From positions 1,824 to 65,823 of the forward strand of contig DASPLK010000002.1 in the NCBI GenBank assembly GCA_035627595.1: 64,000 bases of DNA. The letters run 5' to 3'. The position numbers were made by a program, and so were the translations under genes. Numbering within the stretch: position 1 is the first letter of the stretch; each line of letters begins with the position of its first letter. The notes under the pieces were generated by a model that worked only from the letters and a program-made list of their open reading frames with translations, did no database searches and was not told the origin of the DNA. The stretch is from Minisyncoccota bacterium. GTDB lineage: Bacteria > Patescibacteriota > Minisyncoccia > Phycocordibacterales > Phycocordibacteraceae. Shown here piece after piece: positions 48,459 through 58,254 of the stretch.

Positions 48459-48692
48459 ATGAAAGTACATGTGCGATACGACCCGCCTCCTTTTGAGAAC
48501 GGTTCGGTCAACGCCAGCACGGATCTGGCAAGCCTGACGGGCGTTCGCTTGATACGTCAGGGTGAGAAGTCCGAGATGCCGCGTCCGAAAAGAAGCAGGT
48601 TTGCGCTTGTCACTCTTTTCAATCGCTGTGCACGAAGAGACCGCAAGAGGCGTCGCCTCGCTATGATCGAAAAGAAAAGAAGAAAGCGCTAG
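48459..48692 (+). CDS. Small highly basic hypothetical protein (77 aa)
   Basis: AGGAG Shine-Dalgarno 8 nt upstream of the ATG, within a 300-bp gap. C-terminal KKRRKR. No homolog recognised. Confidence 0.3.
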   Translation: MKVHVRYDPPPFENGSVNASTDLASLTGVRLIRQGEKSEMPRPKRSRFALVTLFNRCARRDRKRRRLAMIEKKRRKR

Positions 48693-48749
48693 ATGTGCCA
48701 AGCACACTATCCACTCGCCCGGGACCCGTCCCGGGCGTATTGTTTAGAT

Positions 48750-49997
48750 ATGGCCGCATTCCAATACTTCCAAGAGCACGTATCAAACGCCGCAAAGGTC
48801 CTCTCCCTTACTTCTGAGCGCGCGGAACTGCTTATGACACCAGACCGCGTTCTTCGTGCGAATCTATCCATACGCATGGATGATGGGAGCACGGCGTCTT
48901 TTCCTGCATACCGTGTCCAGTTCAATAACGCGCGCGGCCCATACAAGGGCGGCATACGCTTCCATCCGGAAGCCGATGAGGATGAGGTCTCGGCGCTCGC
49001 TGCAATGATGGCGGTGAAATGCGCGGTTGTCGGCATTCCGCTTGGAGGTGCAAAGGGCGGCGTTGCTGTTGACCCTAAAAAACTTTCTAAGGATGAAATA
49101 CATGCCCTTGCGCGCGCATACGTTCGCGCATTTGCGGAACATGTAGGTCCCGATCAGGATATTCCGGCGCCTGACGTATACACAAATCCGGAGATTATGG
49201 GCGTGATGCTTGATGAGTATGAGCATATCGTCGGAAGATCCGCGCCCGGCATGATCACGGGAAAGCCACTTTCGCTTGGTGGAAGTCTTGGGCGCGATAC
49301 GGCGACTGCAGATGGTGCGATCGCTGTTTTGAAGAGCCTTATGCAGGACAGGGGACTTGATCCAAAAACGCTTCGAGCGGGCGTACAGGGTGCCGGAAAT
49401 GCAGGGGCACAGGCAGCGCATCTACTTTATTCAATGGGCATGAAAGTGACAGCGCTTGCCGACAGCAAGGGAACGCTCCTTGTGTCAGATGGAATGGATG
49501 TAGAGAGCGTGCTTGCAGTTAAAGAAGCAGAGGGTTCGGTTATACACGCTGCGCCGCTTCAGAATGAGGAAGGAAAGATACTGCCAGCCGATGCCGTTAT
49601 TATCGAAGGATGCGACGTACTCGTGCCTTCCGCCCTGGAGGAGCAGATAACTGAATCAAATGCGAAGGAAGTTAGAGCGGGTATTGTACTTGAGGTTGCG
49701 AACGGTCCAACGACACCAGCCGCAGATACCATCCTTGCATCAGAAGGTGTCGTCGTAGTTCCTGATGTTTTGGCAAATGCTGGTGGGGTCACGGTGTCGT
49801 ACTTTGAGTGGATACAAAATCGCACAGGACACTATTGGACCAGAGGAGAAGTGAAGGAACGGTTAGAGGGTGTAATGACGAAGGCGTACCGCGATGTCGC
49901 GGATATTGCTGCAGAACGCGGAATCACGCTTCGTGAGGCGGCATATGTGCTTGGCATAGAGCGGATAGACGAGGCGGTGCGTGCGCGTGGTCGTTAA
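48750..49997 (+). CDS. gdhA: Glutamate dehydrogenase
   Basis: KGGIRFHPEADEDEVSALAAMMAVKCAVVGIPLGGAKGGV (GDH active-site Lys region) and the NAD(P)-binding GxGNAG motif. Start chosen at MAAFQYF. Confidence 0.85.
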   Translation: MAAFQYFQEHVSNAAKVLSLTSERAELLMTPDRVLRANLSIRMDDGSTASFPAYRVQFNNARGPYKGGIRFHPEADEDEVSALAAMMAVKCAVVGIPLGGAKGGVAVDPKKLSKDEIHALARAYVRAFAEHVGPDQDIPAPDVYTNPEIMGVMLDEYEHIVGRSAPGMITGKPLSLGGSLGRDTATADGAIAVLKSLMQDRGLDPKTLRAGVQGAGNAGAQAAHLLYSMGMKVTALADSKGTLLVSDGMDVESVLAVKEAEGSVIHAAPLQNEEGKILPADAVIIEGCDVLVPSALEEQITESNAKEVRAGIVLEVANGPTTPAADTILASEGVVVVPDVLANAGGVTVSYFEWIQNRTGHYWTRGEVKERLEGVMTKAYRDVADIAAERGITLREAAYVLGIERIDEAVRARGR

Positions 49998-50022
49998 AGT
50001 TGCATGTCCAGGATTCTGGGCT

Positions 50023-50427
50023 ATGTTGGAAAGGGTTCAACTGCTCTGGGAGGGCACAATGCTTGCGACGCAACAGCCTTTGCTGCCGTTTACCTATCTT
50101 CCCCTTGTACGGGAAGAGGACGATAAACCAGCGAAGGTGAGCTACCGTAATCTACTTCGCCTGGTCTGCGCAGAGTTCGGTATCGAAGAAAGCGAACTTT
50201 GCGGTGAGTCCCGCGTTCGTAAGATCGCACGACCTCGCCAAGTGCTCATGTACCTTGCGCACTTTGATGCGCGCAAGTCTTATCCGTGGATCGGAGCAAG
50301 GATCGGTGGTCGCGACCATACGACCGCGCTGCACGGCAAGAGAAAGATCGAAGAGCTTCTGGCCGCTGGAGACACAGCTATCAGAGAATCGATCGGACGT
50401 ATTCAAGAACAATACACAAATGCCTAG
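50023..50427 (+). CDS. Standalone DnaA C-terminal (domain IV, HTH DNA-binding) -like protein
   Basis: RKIARPRQVLMYLAHFDARKSYPWIGARIGGRDHTTALHGKRKIEELL is collinear with the DnaA domain IV signature (ARPRQVAMYLA...IG..FGGRDHTTV.HA.RKIE). No AAA+ domain. An alternative start at 49981 would overlap gdhA. Confidence 0.6.
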   Translation: MLERVQLLWEGTMLATQQPLLPFTYLPLVREEDDKPAKVSYRNLLRLVCAEFGIEESELCGESRVRKIARPRQVLMYLAHFDARKSYPWIGARIGGRDHTTALHGKRKIEELLAAGDTAIRESIGRIQEQYTNA

Positions 50428-50446
50428 GGTCCCCGTTGGGGACCCA
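50428..50446 (+). terminator. Hairpin terminator after the DnaA-C-like gene
   Basis: gggtcccc-gtt-ggggaccc, then ACCATTTTAT. Confidence 0.5.
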
Positions 50447-50476
50447 CCATTTTATATCCTCTGAAAGGAGTGCGAC

Positions 50477-52447
50477 CTAGGACGACTCCTCCCCAAGACC
50501 AAAGTCGAGCTCTCGCTCCTGAATGCGGGCAGCGATAAGCTTTACGCGGATGGGGTCACCAAGGCGGTATTCCTTCTTTGTGCGCTCACCGACGATTCGG
50601 TACCGCTTATCGTCATAGATGAAGTAGTCCTGACCGAGATCGCGGATGCGGATCATACCCTCGGCGCGGTTCTCGGTAACCTCAACATAGAGACCGCGAT
50701 CGGAGACGCCAGAGATGACGGCATCGAACTCTTCGCCGGTCTTCGGCTCCATGAACTCAACGAGTTTAAGCTTCACAGAGTCGCGCTCTGCTTCGGCAGC
50801 GGATACCTCGCGCTCGGAAGAGTGGACTGCAAGCTCATCGAGTTCGTCAACTTCTTCCTTAGAGATAGGCTGGTTGTTCGAGAAGTGCTTCATGATGCGA
50901 TGCACGAGAAGGTCAGGGTAGCGTCGAATCGGAGAGGTGAAGTGCGTGTAGTACGCGAACGCGAGGCCGTAGTGGCCACCGTTCTTTATGGCGTAGGTCG
51001 CCTTGGCCATGGAGCGAAGCGTGGCGACCTTGATGAGATACTCTTCCGGCTTCCCCTCAACTTTCTTAAGAAGCTCGTTGATATCGGAACCTTTTACCTT
51101 GCCACCCGTGTGCTCAAGCGTATAGCCAAGGACCTTCAGGAACTCGGCGAGGTTCTCGATCTTCTCTGCGTTCGGCAGATCGTGCACACGGTATACAGAA
51201 ACACTCGCGATCTTATCGTTCTTGGTGCGGTTGGCGAGCTCGGTCGCAACCTCCACGTTAGCAAGGAGCATGAAGTCCTCGATAAGGAGATTCGTATCGC
51301 GGCGCTCTTTGAGATGCACAGCGACAGGCTTTCCGGTCTCATCAATTTCGACTTTCACCTCAGGGGTATCAAACGCAATTGCGCCTGATGCCTCACGCCT
51401 CTTGCGCATGATCTTCGAAAGGGTATTGAGGAGCGTGAGCTCTTTGAGATGTGGGCCTTCATTAGTATCAAGCACTGCCTGCGCCTCCTCGTATGAGAAG
51501 CGCTTATCAGAATGAATTATCGTCTCACCGAACCAGCGCTCAAGAACATTGGCATCTTTGTCCATGCGGAATACCGCAGACATCGCAAGCCGATCCTCAT
51601 TTGGGTTCAAGGAACAAAGGTTCGTTGAAAGCACGTGGGGAAGCATCGGGATGGTGCGATCTACAAGATACACAGAGGTTGCCCTGTAGCGTGCCTCGTC
51701 ATCGATTGCCTTGCCCGGCTTTACAAAGAACGAAACATCGGCGATATGCACTCCGATCTCATAGGTGCCGTCCTCTAATTCCTTCACAGAGAGCGCATCG
51801 TCGAAGTCTTTGGCATCTGCCGGATCGATAGTAAAGGTGAGGGTGTCGCGGAAATCACGTCGTGTACCGAGCGCTACCTCAGCAGCGATCAAGTCCTTGC
51901 CGGAGGTCTCAAGCTCTCTGGCTTCCGTTACGACGCCTGGCGGGAAGTCGGAACGGAATCCTTGCGAGAGCGCCAGAGCCCGCATCTCGGTCTCATGTAC
52001 GCCTGCTGGGCCAATGATCTCCTCCATCGTGCCCCACGGGATGGGCTCGTTCTCGTTCCAGCCCTTGAACGCGACGACGACTTTATGCTCAAGCGGCAAC
52101 GACTCACCGCGTACGAGAATCGGGACATGCATTTTCTTCCAGTCAGGGATGAGGATGACCGCGCCTGCGCCAAGACCCGAGTCAGGGTTCGCGAGGATGA
52201 GTTTGCCAACAAACTTGTCGTGTGCACGACGCACGACCTCGACTATCTTGCCGGCTGCACGCTTCTTACGGGTGCGCTGATCTTCGACGAAGCCTATGGA
52301 TTCAACCTTCACGATGTCGCCCGGGAGGGCGTTACCGAGGTTGCCGGGCTCAATGATGAGGTCTTCCTGCTCGGGGTCTATGGAGAAGAAGCCCGTGCCG
52401 CGGCGGGTAATAACGATGGGGCCCTCGTATGTCTCGGTTGGTGTCAT
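50477..52447 (-). CDS. rnr: Ribonuclease R (RNase II family 3'-5' exoribonuclease)
   Basis: RNB catalytic domain (IDPADAKDFDDALS, VYLVDRTIPMLP), cold-shock-like N-terminus and S1 domain at the C-terminus. Confidence 0.85.
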   Translation of the reverse strand: MTPTETYEGPIVITRRGTGFFSIDPEQEDLIIEPGNLGNALPGDIVKVESIGFVEDQRTRKKRAAGKIVEVVRRAHDKFVGKLILANPDSGLGAGAVILIPDWKKMHVPILVRGESLPLEHKVVVAFKGWNENEPIPWGTMEEIIGPAGVHETEMRALALSQGFRSDFPPGVVTEARELETSGKDLIAAEVALGTRRDFRDTLTFTIDPADAKDFDDALSVKELEDGTYEIGVHIADVSFFVKPGKAIDDEARYRATSVYLVDRTIPMLPHVLSTNLCSLNPNEDRLAMSAVFRMDKDANVLERWFGETIIHSDKRFSYEEAQAVLDTNEGPHLKELTLLNTLSKIMRKRREASGAIAFDTPEVKVEIDETGKPVAVHLKERRDTNLLIEDFMLLANVEVATELANRTKNDKIASVSVYRVHDLPNAEKIENLAEFLKVLGYTLEHTGGKVKGSDINELLKKVEGKPEEYLIKVATLRSMAKATYAIKNGGHYGLAFAYYTHFTSPIRRYPDLLVHRIMKHFSNNQPISKEEVDELDELAVHSSEREVSAAEAERDSVKLKLVEFMEPKTGEEFDAVISGVSDRGLYVEVTENRAEGMIRIRDLGQDYFIYDDKRYRIVGERTKKEYRLGDPIRVKLIAARIQERELDFGLGEESS

Positions 52448-52794
52448 TACTAAAGACTGTAGCAGATTAGGGTAGGGAAGCTAAATTGTTCGTGATGGTA
52501 TCTTCGCAGGTCATATATGCCTGCATATTGATCTGAATAGATTGTTGGACCACCCGATATATGATTGATATCGCGACGGTGCGCACTCTGCTTCGCCACA
52601 GATCTCCAGAGCAAACGCGCATTCGCTATAGCTGACCCTGGCCTCTTCTCAGAAGAGGTTAAGAAGAACCTCGGGTCAGTAATTAGGTTAGGTACGGCCG
52701 CTTTGACAATTAGGTGATATTGGCTCCATATATACCTTGGCTGCTCAGCCACATTAGTTGGCTTTTGAATTCATCGCTCTGGGAGGAGACCCAA

Positions 52795-53211
52795 ATGCGT
52801 AAACTGAGACGTGAGAACAGCTGCTGCGACTACCACTGGCTGGTGTCGCTGGTGGGACGCGGCATGGGAATGGCCGCATTTAGCGTGACCTACTGGACCA
52901 TCTGGATCCTATGGGTCCTGAACTTTGACCAGAAGTCGCTCTGGGTGAACCTGGCTTGGGCCGCGGCGATGATAATCGGCGGTATCGTCATGTATCTCAT
53001 CGTCGGAATCGCATCGTTCCTCGTGAGCGACAACTGGGCCTATCGGGTCACCAACGGATCCGATCGCGACCCGAAGGTGGTCGATCGCGTCGTCGACTTC
53101 TGGGAAAGGGTGCGGAAGCGCTTCGGCATCTTCACCTGGCCCTGGGGCGTCGCCTGGATCCTCGGGCTCATCTGGACTCGGTCCTTCAGTTGGAGTACGG
53201 TTCGCGCCTAG
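52795..53211 (+). CDS. Trp-rich multipass membrane hypothetical protein
   Basis: GGAGG RBS 8 nt upstream. Three or four predicted TM helices. High local GC. The longer ORF begins with GTG at 52714. Confidence 0.45.
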   Translation: MRKLRRENSCCDYHWLVSLVGRGMGMAAFSVTYWTIWILWVLNFDQKSLWVNLAWAAAMIIGGIVMYLIVGIASFLVSDNWAYRVTNGSDRDPKVVDRVVDFWERVRKRFGIFTWPWGVAWILGLIWTRSFSWSTVRA

Positions 53212-53237
53212 CGCGACCCGCTCCTCCGACTACAGTG

Positions 53238-53270
53238 CCCCCAACCGCAAGGTCGGGGGCGCTTTCTTTT
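53238..53270 (+). terminator. Hairpin plus T-tract terminator
   Basis: gcccccaacc-gcaa-ggtcgggggc, followed by CTTTCTTTT. Confidence 0.5.
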
Positions 53271-53297
53271 GACTATATATATTGATTCTGGTACTCT
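53269..53297 (+). promoter_or_regulatory. Candidate sigma70-type promoter for rpsP operon
   Basis: TTGACT, 17 nt spacer, TACTCT. About 10 nt upstream of the rpsP ATG, implying a very short leader. Confidence 0.3.
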
Positions 53298-53306
53298 TGC
53301 CGCACT

Positions 53307-53774
53307 ATGTTGATGATCCGATTTCAGCGCATCGGCCGGAGGAATGATCCGGCGTTTCGCATTGCCGTACTCGAGAAGACTTCTGGCCCTAAGGCCGGAA
53401 AGTTCGTGGACCTCGTAGGTTCTTACAATCCAAAGACCAAGGAGACCAGCCTTAAGGCTGATGCTATTAAGGACTGGGTTTCTAAGGGCGCCCAGATCTC
53501 CCCGTCGGTCATGAACCTCCTTATTGCCAACAAGGTGTACGAGGGTCCGAAGATCCAGGTCATCTCCAAGAAGAATCTCGAGAAGAACAAGCCTGCTGAG
53601 GTAGCTCCTGAGGCACCTGTAGCTGAAGCAGCTCCTGCTGCTGAGGAGTCCGTAGAGGTGGCGCCGACCGAGGAGGAGGTAGCCGAGGAGGCTGCTGAGA
53701 CCGAGGTGATTGCTCCTGAGGCAGCTCCTGCCGAAGAGGCACCCGCTACCGAGGAAGAGCAGCCAGCTGCGTAA
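53307..53774 (+). CDS. rpsP: 30S ribosomal protein S16 with Ala/Glu/Pro-rich C-terminal extension
   Basis: MIRFQRIGRRNDPAFRIAVLEKTSGPKAGKFVDLVGSYNP S16 core, followed by a ~70-aa AEAAPAAEE-type low-complexity tail. Confidence 0.85.
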   Translation: MLMIRFQRIGRRNDPAFRIAVLEKTSGPKAGKFVDLVGSYNPKTKETSLKADAIKDWVSKGAQISPSVMNLLIANKVYEGPKIQVISKKNLEKNKPAEVAPEAPVAEAAPAAEESVEVAPTEEEVAEEAAETEVIAPEAAPAEEAPATEEEQPAA

Positions 53775-53838
53775 GTCTCGGCCAGGAAGCATTTGCTTCC
53801 TCACGAAAGCTTTACTCTGACATTCCTACCATTCCGCT

Positions 53839-54141
53839 ATGCAAGACCAAGACCACGCTTTCCTTGAGTACGTCGTAAAAGCACTCGTAGACAATCCAGA
53901 CCAGGTCGTCATCACCCGCTCGGTGGACGAAATGGGCGTCCTCCTCACTCTTACCGTTAACGCAGAGGACATGGGCAAGATCATCGGACGCGATGGCAAT
54001 ATCGCCAAGGCGCTCCGCACGCTTCTTCGCGTGGTCGGCATGAAGCACAATGCCCGTGTGAACTTAAAGATCAATGAGCCAGTTGGCGGCAAGCGCGATG
54101 ATATGCGTACCGTCGATGAGGCCGTCGAAGCGCTAGGCTAG
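53839..54141 (+). CDS. KH-domain RNA-binding protein (YlqC/UPF0109 family)
   Basis: MGKIIGRDGNIAKALRTLL KH GxxG-like loop. Canonical position between rpsP and trmD. Confidence 0.7.
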   Translation: MQDQDHAFLEYVVKALVDNPDQVVITRSVDEMGVLLTLTVNAEDMGKIIGRDGNIAKALRTLLRVVGMKHNARVNLKINEPVGGKRDDMRTVDEAVEALG

Positions 54142-54175
54142 AATGAAAGCGGCAAAGGCCGCTTTCTTCAAACAC

Positions 54176-54844
54176 ATGCTCCGATTCCATCTCATCACTC
54201 TGTTCCCTGAAGCTTGTGAGGCGTACTTATCCGCGTCGATTCTTGGCCGTGCGCGCAAAGAGAAGAAGATCTCTGTCGACTACCAGTCGCCGCGCGACTA
54301 TGTGACCAACCGGTGGGGAAAGGTGGACGAACGACCATACGGCGGCGGTCCTGGCATGGTCATGACTGCGCTACCGGTTGCTAAAGCAATAAAGAAATCC
54401 CTTGCCAGAAGGAAGGGAAAGATTGCAGTCATTTGGTTCCAGCCTGAAGCAAAAGAATTTAATAATACGGAAGCGGACAAGCTTTCAAAATATGACGATG
54501 TCGTCCTTGTGTGCGGCAGGTACGAGGGTATCGACGAGCGTGCGAAGAAGATAGCTAAGGCCATGGGGAAGCTTCATACATATTCTGTCGGGAGTGCGGT
54601 CTACACAGGAGGAGAAATACCCGCAATGGCTATCGTCGATGCGGTCACCCGCAGGATACCTGGCGTCCTTGGAACAGATGAGTCAGTAGAGGAGCGAAGA
54701 ATCGCCTCAAGAGAAATATATACACGTCCAGAGAGTGTTGAATGGGAAGGAAAAAAGCTACGTGTACCTAAGGTGCTTCAAAAAGGCAACCATAAGGAGA
54801 TAGACGCCTGGAGAGAGAAAGTCAGCGCAAAGAGGAAGAAATAG
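54176..54844 (+). CDS. trmD: tRNA (guanine37-N1)-methyltransferase
   Basis: MLRFHLITLFPE...SPRDY...DERPYGGGPGMVM TrmD SPOUT motifs. A hairpin (gaaagcggc-aaa-ggccgctttc) lies just upstream. Confidence 0.85.
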   Translation: MLRFHLITLFPEACEAYLSASILGRARKEKKISVDYQSPRDYVTNRWGKVDERPYGGGPGMVMTALPVAKAIKKSLARRKGKIAVIWFQPEAKEFNNTEADKLSKYDDVVLVCGRYEGIDERAKKIAKAMGKLHTYSVGSAVYTGGEIPAMAIVDAVTRRIPGVLGTDESVEERRIASREIYTRPESVEWEGKKLRVPKVLQKGNHKEIDAWREKVSAKRKK

Positions 54845-54871
54845 CAATCCTCAGGATTCATGCGCTTTTCA

Positions 54872-54900
54872 TTGACGCTACAGACACTGGGGTATACAGT
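54872..54900 (+). promoter_or_regulatory. Candidate promoter upstream of rpoB
   Basis: TTGACG-N17-TACAGT (or N15-TATACA) in the 209-bp gap before rpoB. Confidence 0.25.
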
Positions 54901-55052
54901 AGGGCTAACCAGAAAAGATTGAGTGGTGGGGGCACTCTGGGGGTAGCAAAATCAAGGTTTTATTTACAAAGCGTCCAGGGAACGGGACGCGGCTCGTTGT
55001 ACACGGGCCGATTCGGCGTTTCTTTGGGCGATATATAACACTTGCGAACGAT

Positions 55053-58000
55053 ATGCGTAATACCAAAACGCTCACGCAGAAGACGTTTGCGGCATTCCAG
55101 CCGCCCCGCGTCCCGTTCCCAGATCTGGTAGGCCACCAGCGGGATTCGTTCAACTGGCTTTTGAAGGACGGCTTCATGGAACTCTTCAAGGAGTTTTCGC
55201 CGATCCCTGATTACTCAGGAAAGAAGTTCGAGCTCCGCATCGACGGGTTCGAGATAGGTGATCCTAAGGGTGACGAAGAGTCCGCGCGCGAGAATATGCG
55301 TACGTACGAGGTACCGCTCAAGGTATCCGTGACCCTTCTCAACAAGACCATGGGTACTGAAAAGACCCAGGAGATATTCCTCGCAGACATTCCGATGATG
55401 ACGCCACACGGCTCGTTCATCGTAAGTGGTGTCGAGCGCGCTATTGTTCCGCAGCTTGCTCGCTCCTTTGGCGCGTTCTTCGTTGCAGAGGAAGTGAAAG
55501 GAAAGAACTTCTTTGGCGCGAAGATCATCCCGAGCCGCGGTGTATGGATCGAGATCGAATCTGATGCTGATGGTGCGATCTACGTTAAGATCGATCGTAA
55601 GCGCAAGTTCCCAGTCTCCAACCTCCTCACCGTATTTGGTGCAGGCACTAAGGAAGATGTCCTTGCACGCTTTAAGGGCGACGCGGTCGCAACCGCTGCA
55701 ATGCAGGCGACTATCGCCCATGACACCGCGAACTCCCTGGAGGATGCGTATGTCGAGATTCACCGCCGCATGCGCGATGGTGATCTTGCTACCCCCGAGA
55801 ACGCCAAGCAGTACGTCAACGCGCTCTTTACCCCCGAGCGCTACGACCTCTCTAAGGTTGGACGCTACCGTCTCAATCAGCGCTTTGCTGGCAAGCTTGA
55901 TGCCAAGGCGCTTGCAGATCGCGTTCTTTCTCTCGATGATCTTACGAAGATCGTCGCTGAGATCGCGCGCATGAACCAGGATCCGAACGCGGTTCCGGAC
56001 GACATTGATCACCTCGGTTTCCGTCGCGTTCGTTTCGTCGGTGAGCTTCTCCAGGCGCGTATGCGCGTGGGTATGTCGCGTATGAAGCGCAACATTCAGG
56101 ACCGCATGAGTACTATTGAGAGCGAAACTTCGCTCCCGATGGCGTTCATTAATCCGCGCCCATTCCAGGCATCGGTTCGCGAGTTCTTCACTGCCAACCA
56201 GCTTTCGCAGTTCATGGACCAGCAGAATATTCTCGCTGAGCTTGAGAACATGCGTACGCTCTCAGCACTTGGTCCGGGTGGTCTCACCCGCGAGCGCGCA
56301 GGCTTTGAGGTTCGCGACGTGCACCCATCCCACTACGGTCGTCTCTGTCCAATCCATACTCCGGAAGGTCAGAACATCGGTCTTATCCTGCGTCTTGCAC
56401 TTCATGCACGCACGAATGAGTTTGGCGTCATCGAGACCCCGTACGCGGTTGTGAAAAACGGCGCAGTGACCGAAGAGGTCGTGTATCTCAACGCACTTGA
56501 GGAGGAGAGTCGTGTCATTGCGCACGGCGCAACGCCAATCGATGAAAAGGGACGCATCGTCCCGGATGTTATTGAGGCGCGAAAGAACGGCGAACCGGCA
56601 ATTGTGTCACGCAATGAGATTGATCTCATTGATGCATCAACCTACCAGATGTTCTCCGCAGCAACCGCGATGATTCCGTTCGTCGACCATGATGACGCGA
56701 ACCGTGCGCTCATGGGTTCGAACATGCAGAAACAGGCGACACCGGTCCTCGTTCCTGAGGCTCCGCTCGTTGCAACCGGTATAGAGGGTCATGCAGCTCG
56801 CAACACTGGCCGTCTCGTCATATCTGAGGATGCCGGCGAGGTTACCTATGTCGATGCGCGCAAGATCACCGTCGAGGGCGCAAAGGGCAAGAAGGAGTAC
56901 AAGCTCCAGGGTCTTACTCAGACCAACCAGAACTCTGCGTTTATGCAGCGTCCTTCGGTGCGCCTTGGAGACAAGGTGAAGAGGGGTGACGTGCTCGCGG
57001 ACAACTCCTCGACCGATCAGGGCCAGATGGCGCTTGGACAGAACGTCCGCGTCGCCTTCATGAGTTGGAGCGGTGCGAACTACGAGGACGCTATCATCGT
57101 GTCTGAGAGGCTCGTGGAGAACTCAAAGTTCACCACCATTCATATCGAGGACTTCGAGTGCGCCGTCCGCGATACGAAGCTTGGTCAGGAGGTAACTACG
57201 CATGACATCCCGAACGTCGGCGAATTGCGCCTTAAGAACCTCGACGAGGAAGGCGTTGTCCGCATCGGCGCAGAAGTACGTCCTGGCGACATTCTCGTCG
57301 GAAAGGTGACGCCTAAGGGCGAGACCCAGCTAACCCCAGAAGAGCGTCTTCTCCGCTCGATCTTCGGCGACAAGGCCAAGGACGTGAAGGACACCTCGCT
57401 CCGCATGGAGGGCGGCAAGCGCGGTCGCGTTATCGGAGTGCGCGTCTTCTCACGCGAGAAGGGCGACCAGCTCGAGAGCGGCATCATCAAGAAGATCGTA
57501 GTCACGGTCGCACAGGTCCGTAACGTATCGGTGGGTGATAAGCTCGCCGGACGCCACGGAAACAAGGGCGTTATCTCTCGCGTGCTTCCGGTCGAGGACA
57601 TGCCGTACGACAAGGACGGTAACCCTGTCGATGTCATCCTCACCCCGCTCGGCGTCCCGAGTCGTATGAACCTCGGACAGATTCTCGAGCTTCACCTCGG
57701 TCTTGCGGCAAACACCCTTAACTACCAAGCTATCGTTCCGCCGTTTGCAGGAGCTACCGCAGATGAGATTCGTAACGAGCTCGAGGCGGCAGGATTCGAC
57801 CGTTCCGGTAAGATGCAGCTCTTCGATGGCCGCACCGGTGCGGCGTTCGCACAGGCGATCTCCGTTGGCTACATGTACATCCTAAAGCTCCATCACATGG
57901 TGGAGGACAAGATCCACATGCGTTCCATTGGCCCGTACTCCCTTATCACCCAGCAGCCGCTCGGTGGAAAGGCGCAGAACGGCGGTCAGCGCTTTGGCGA

Positions 58001-58232
58001 AATGGAGGTGTGGGCACTCCTCGGATACGGTTCCGCGTACACGCTCCGCGAGATGCTCACCATCAAGTCTGACGACATCACAGGCCGCTCGGCGACCTTC
58101 GATGCAATCGTGAAGGGCGAACCGGTCTCCCATGCGGGAACCCCGGCATCGTTCTCCGTACTTACCAACCAGATCCGCGGTCTTGCGCTCGATATTGAGC
58201 CGCTCGCGCGCGATAACGACATGGACGCATAG
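55053..58232 (+). CDS. rpoB: DNA-directed RNA polymerase subunit beta
   Basis: Conserved blocks FVAEEVKG, SALGPGGL, NYEDAIIVSERL, GRHGNKGVISR, GQRFGEMEVWAL. 1059 aa. Confidence 0.9.
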   Translation: MRNTKTLTQKTFAAFQPPRVPFPDLVGHQRDSFNWLLKDGFMELFKEFSPIPDYSGKKFELRIDGFEIGDPKGDEESARENMRTYEVPLKVSVTLLNKTMGTEKTQEIFLADIPMMTPHGSFIVSGVERAIVPQLARSFGAFFVAEEVKGKNFFGAKIIPSRGVWIEIESDADGAIYVKIDRKRKFPVSNLLTVFGAGTKEDVLARFKGDAVATAAMQATIAHDTANSLEDAYVEIHRRMRDGDLATPENAKQYVNALFTPERYDLSKVGRYRLNQRFAGKLDAKALADRVLSLDDLTKIVAEIARMNQDPNAVPDDIDHLGFRRVRFVGELLQARMRVGMSRMKRNIQDRMSTIESETSLPMAFINPRPFQASVREFFTANQLSQFMDQQNILAELENMRTLSALGPGGLTRERAGFEVRDVHPSHYGRLCPIHTPEGQNIGLILRLALHARTNEFGVIETPYAVVKNGAVTEEVVYLNALEEESRVIAHGATPIDEKGRIVPDVIEARKNGEPAIVSRNEIDLIDASTYQMFSAATAMIPFVDHDDANRALMGSNMQKQATPVLVPEAPLVATGIEGHAARNTGRLVISEDAGEVTYVDARKITVEGAKGKKEYKLQGLTQTNQNSAFMQRPSVRLGDKVKRGDVLADNSSTDQGQMALGQNVRVAFMSWSGANYEDAIIVSERLVENSKFTTIHIEDFECAVRDTKLGQEVTTHDIPNVGELRLKNLDEEGVVRIGAEVRPGDILVGKVTPKGETQLTPEERLLRSIFGDKAKDVKDTSLRMEGGKRGRVIGVRVFSREKGDQLESGIIKKIVVTVAQVRNVSVGDKLAGRHGNKGVISRVLPVEDMPYDKDGNPVDVILTPLGVPSRMNLGQILELHLGLAANTLNYQAIVPPFAGATADEIRNELEAAGFDRSGKMQLFDGRTGAAFAQAISVGYMYILKLHHMVEDKIHMRSIGPYSLITQQPLGGKAQNGGQRFGEMEVWALLGYGSAYTLREMLTIKSDDITGRSATFDAIVKGEPVSHAGTPASFSVLTNQIRGLALDIEPLARDNDMDA

Positions 58233-58254
58233 TCCTGTCCTAATCCACATTCCT

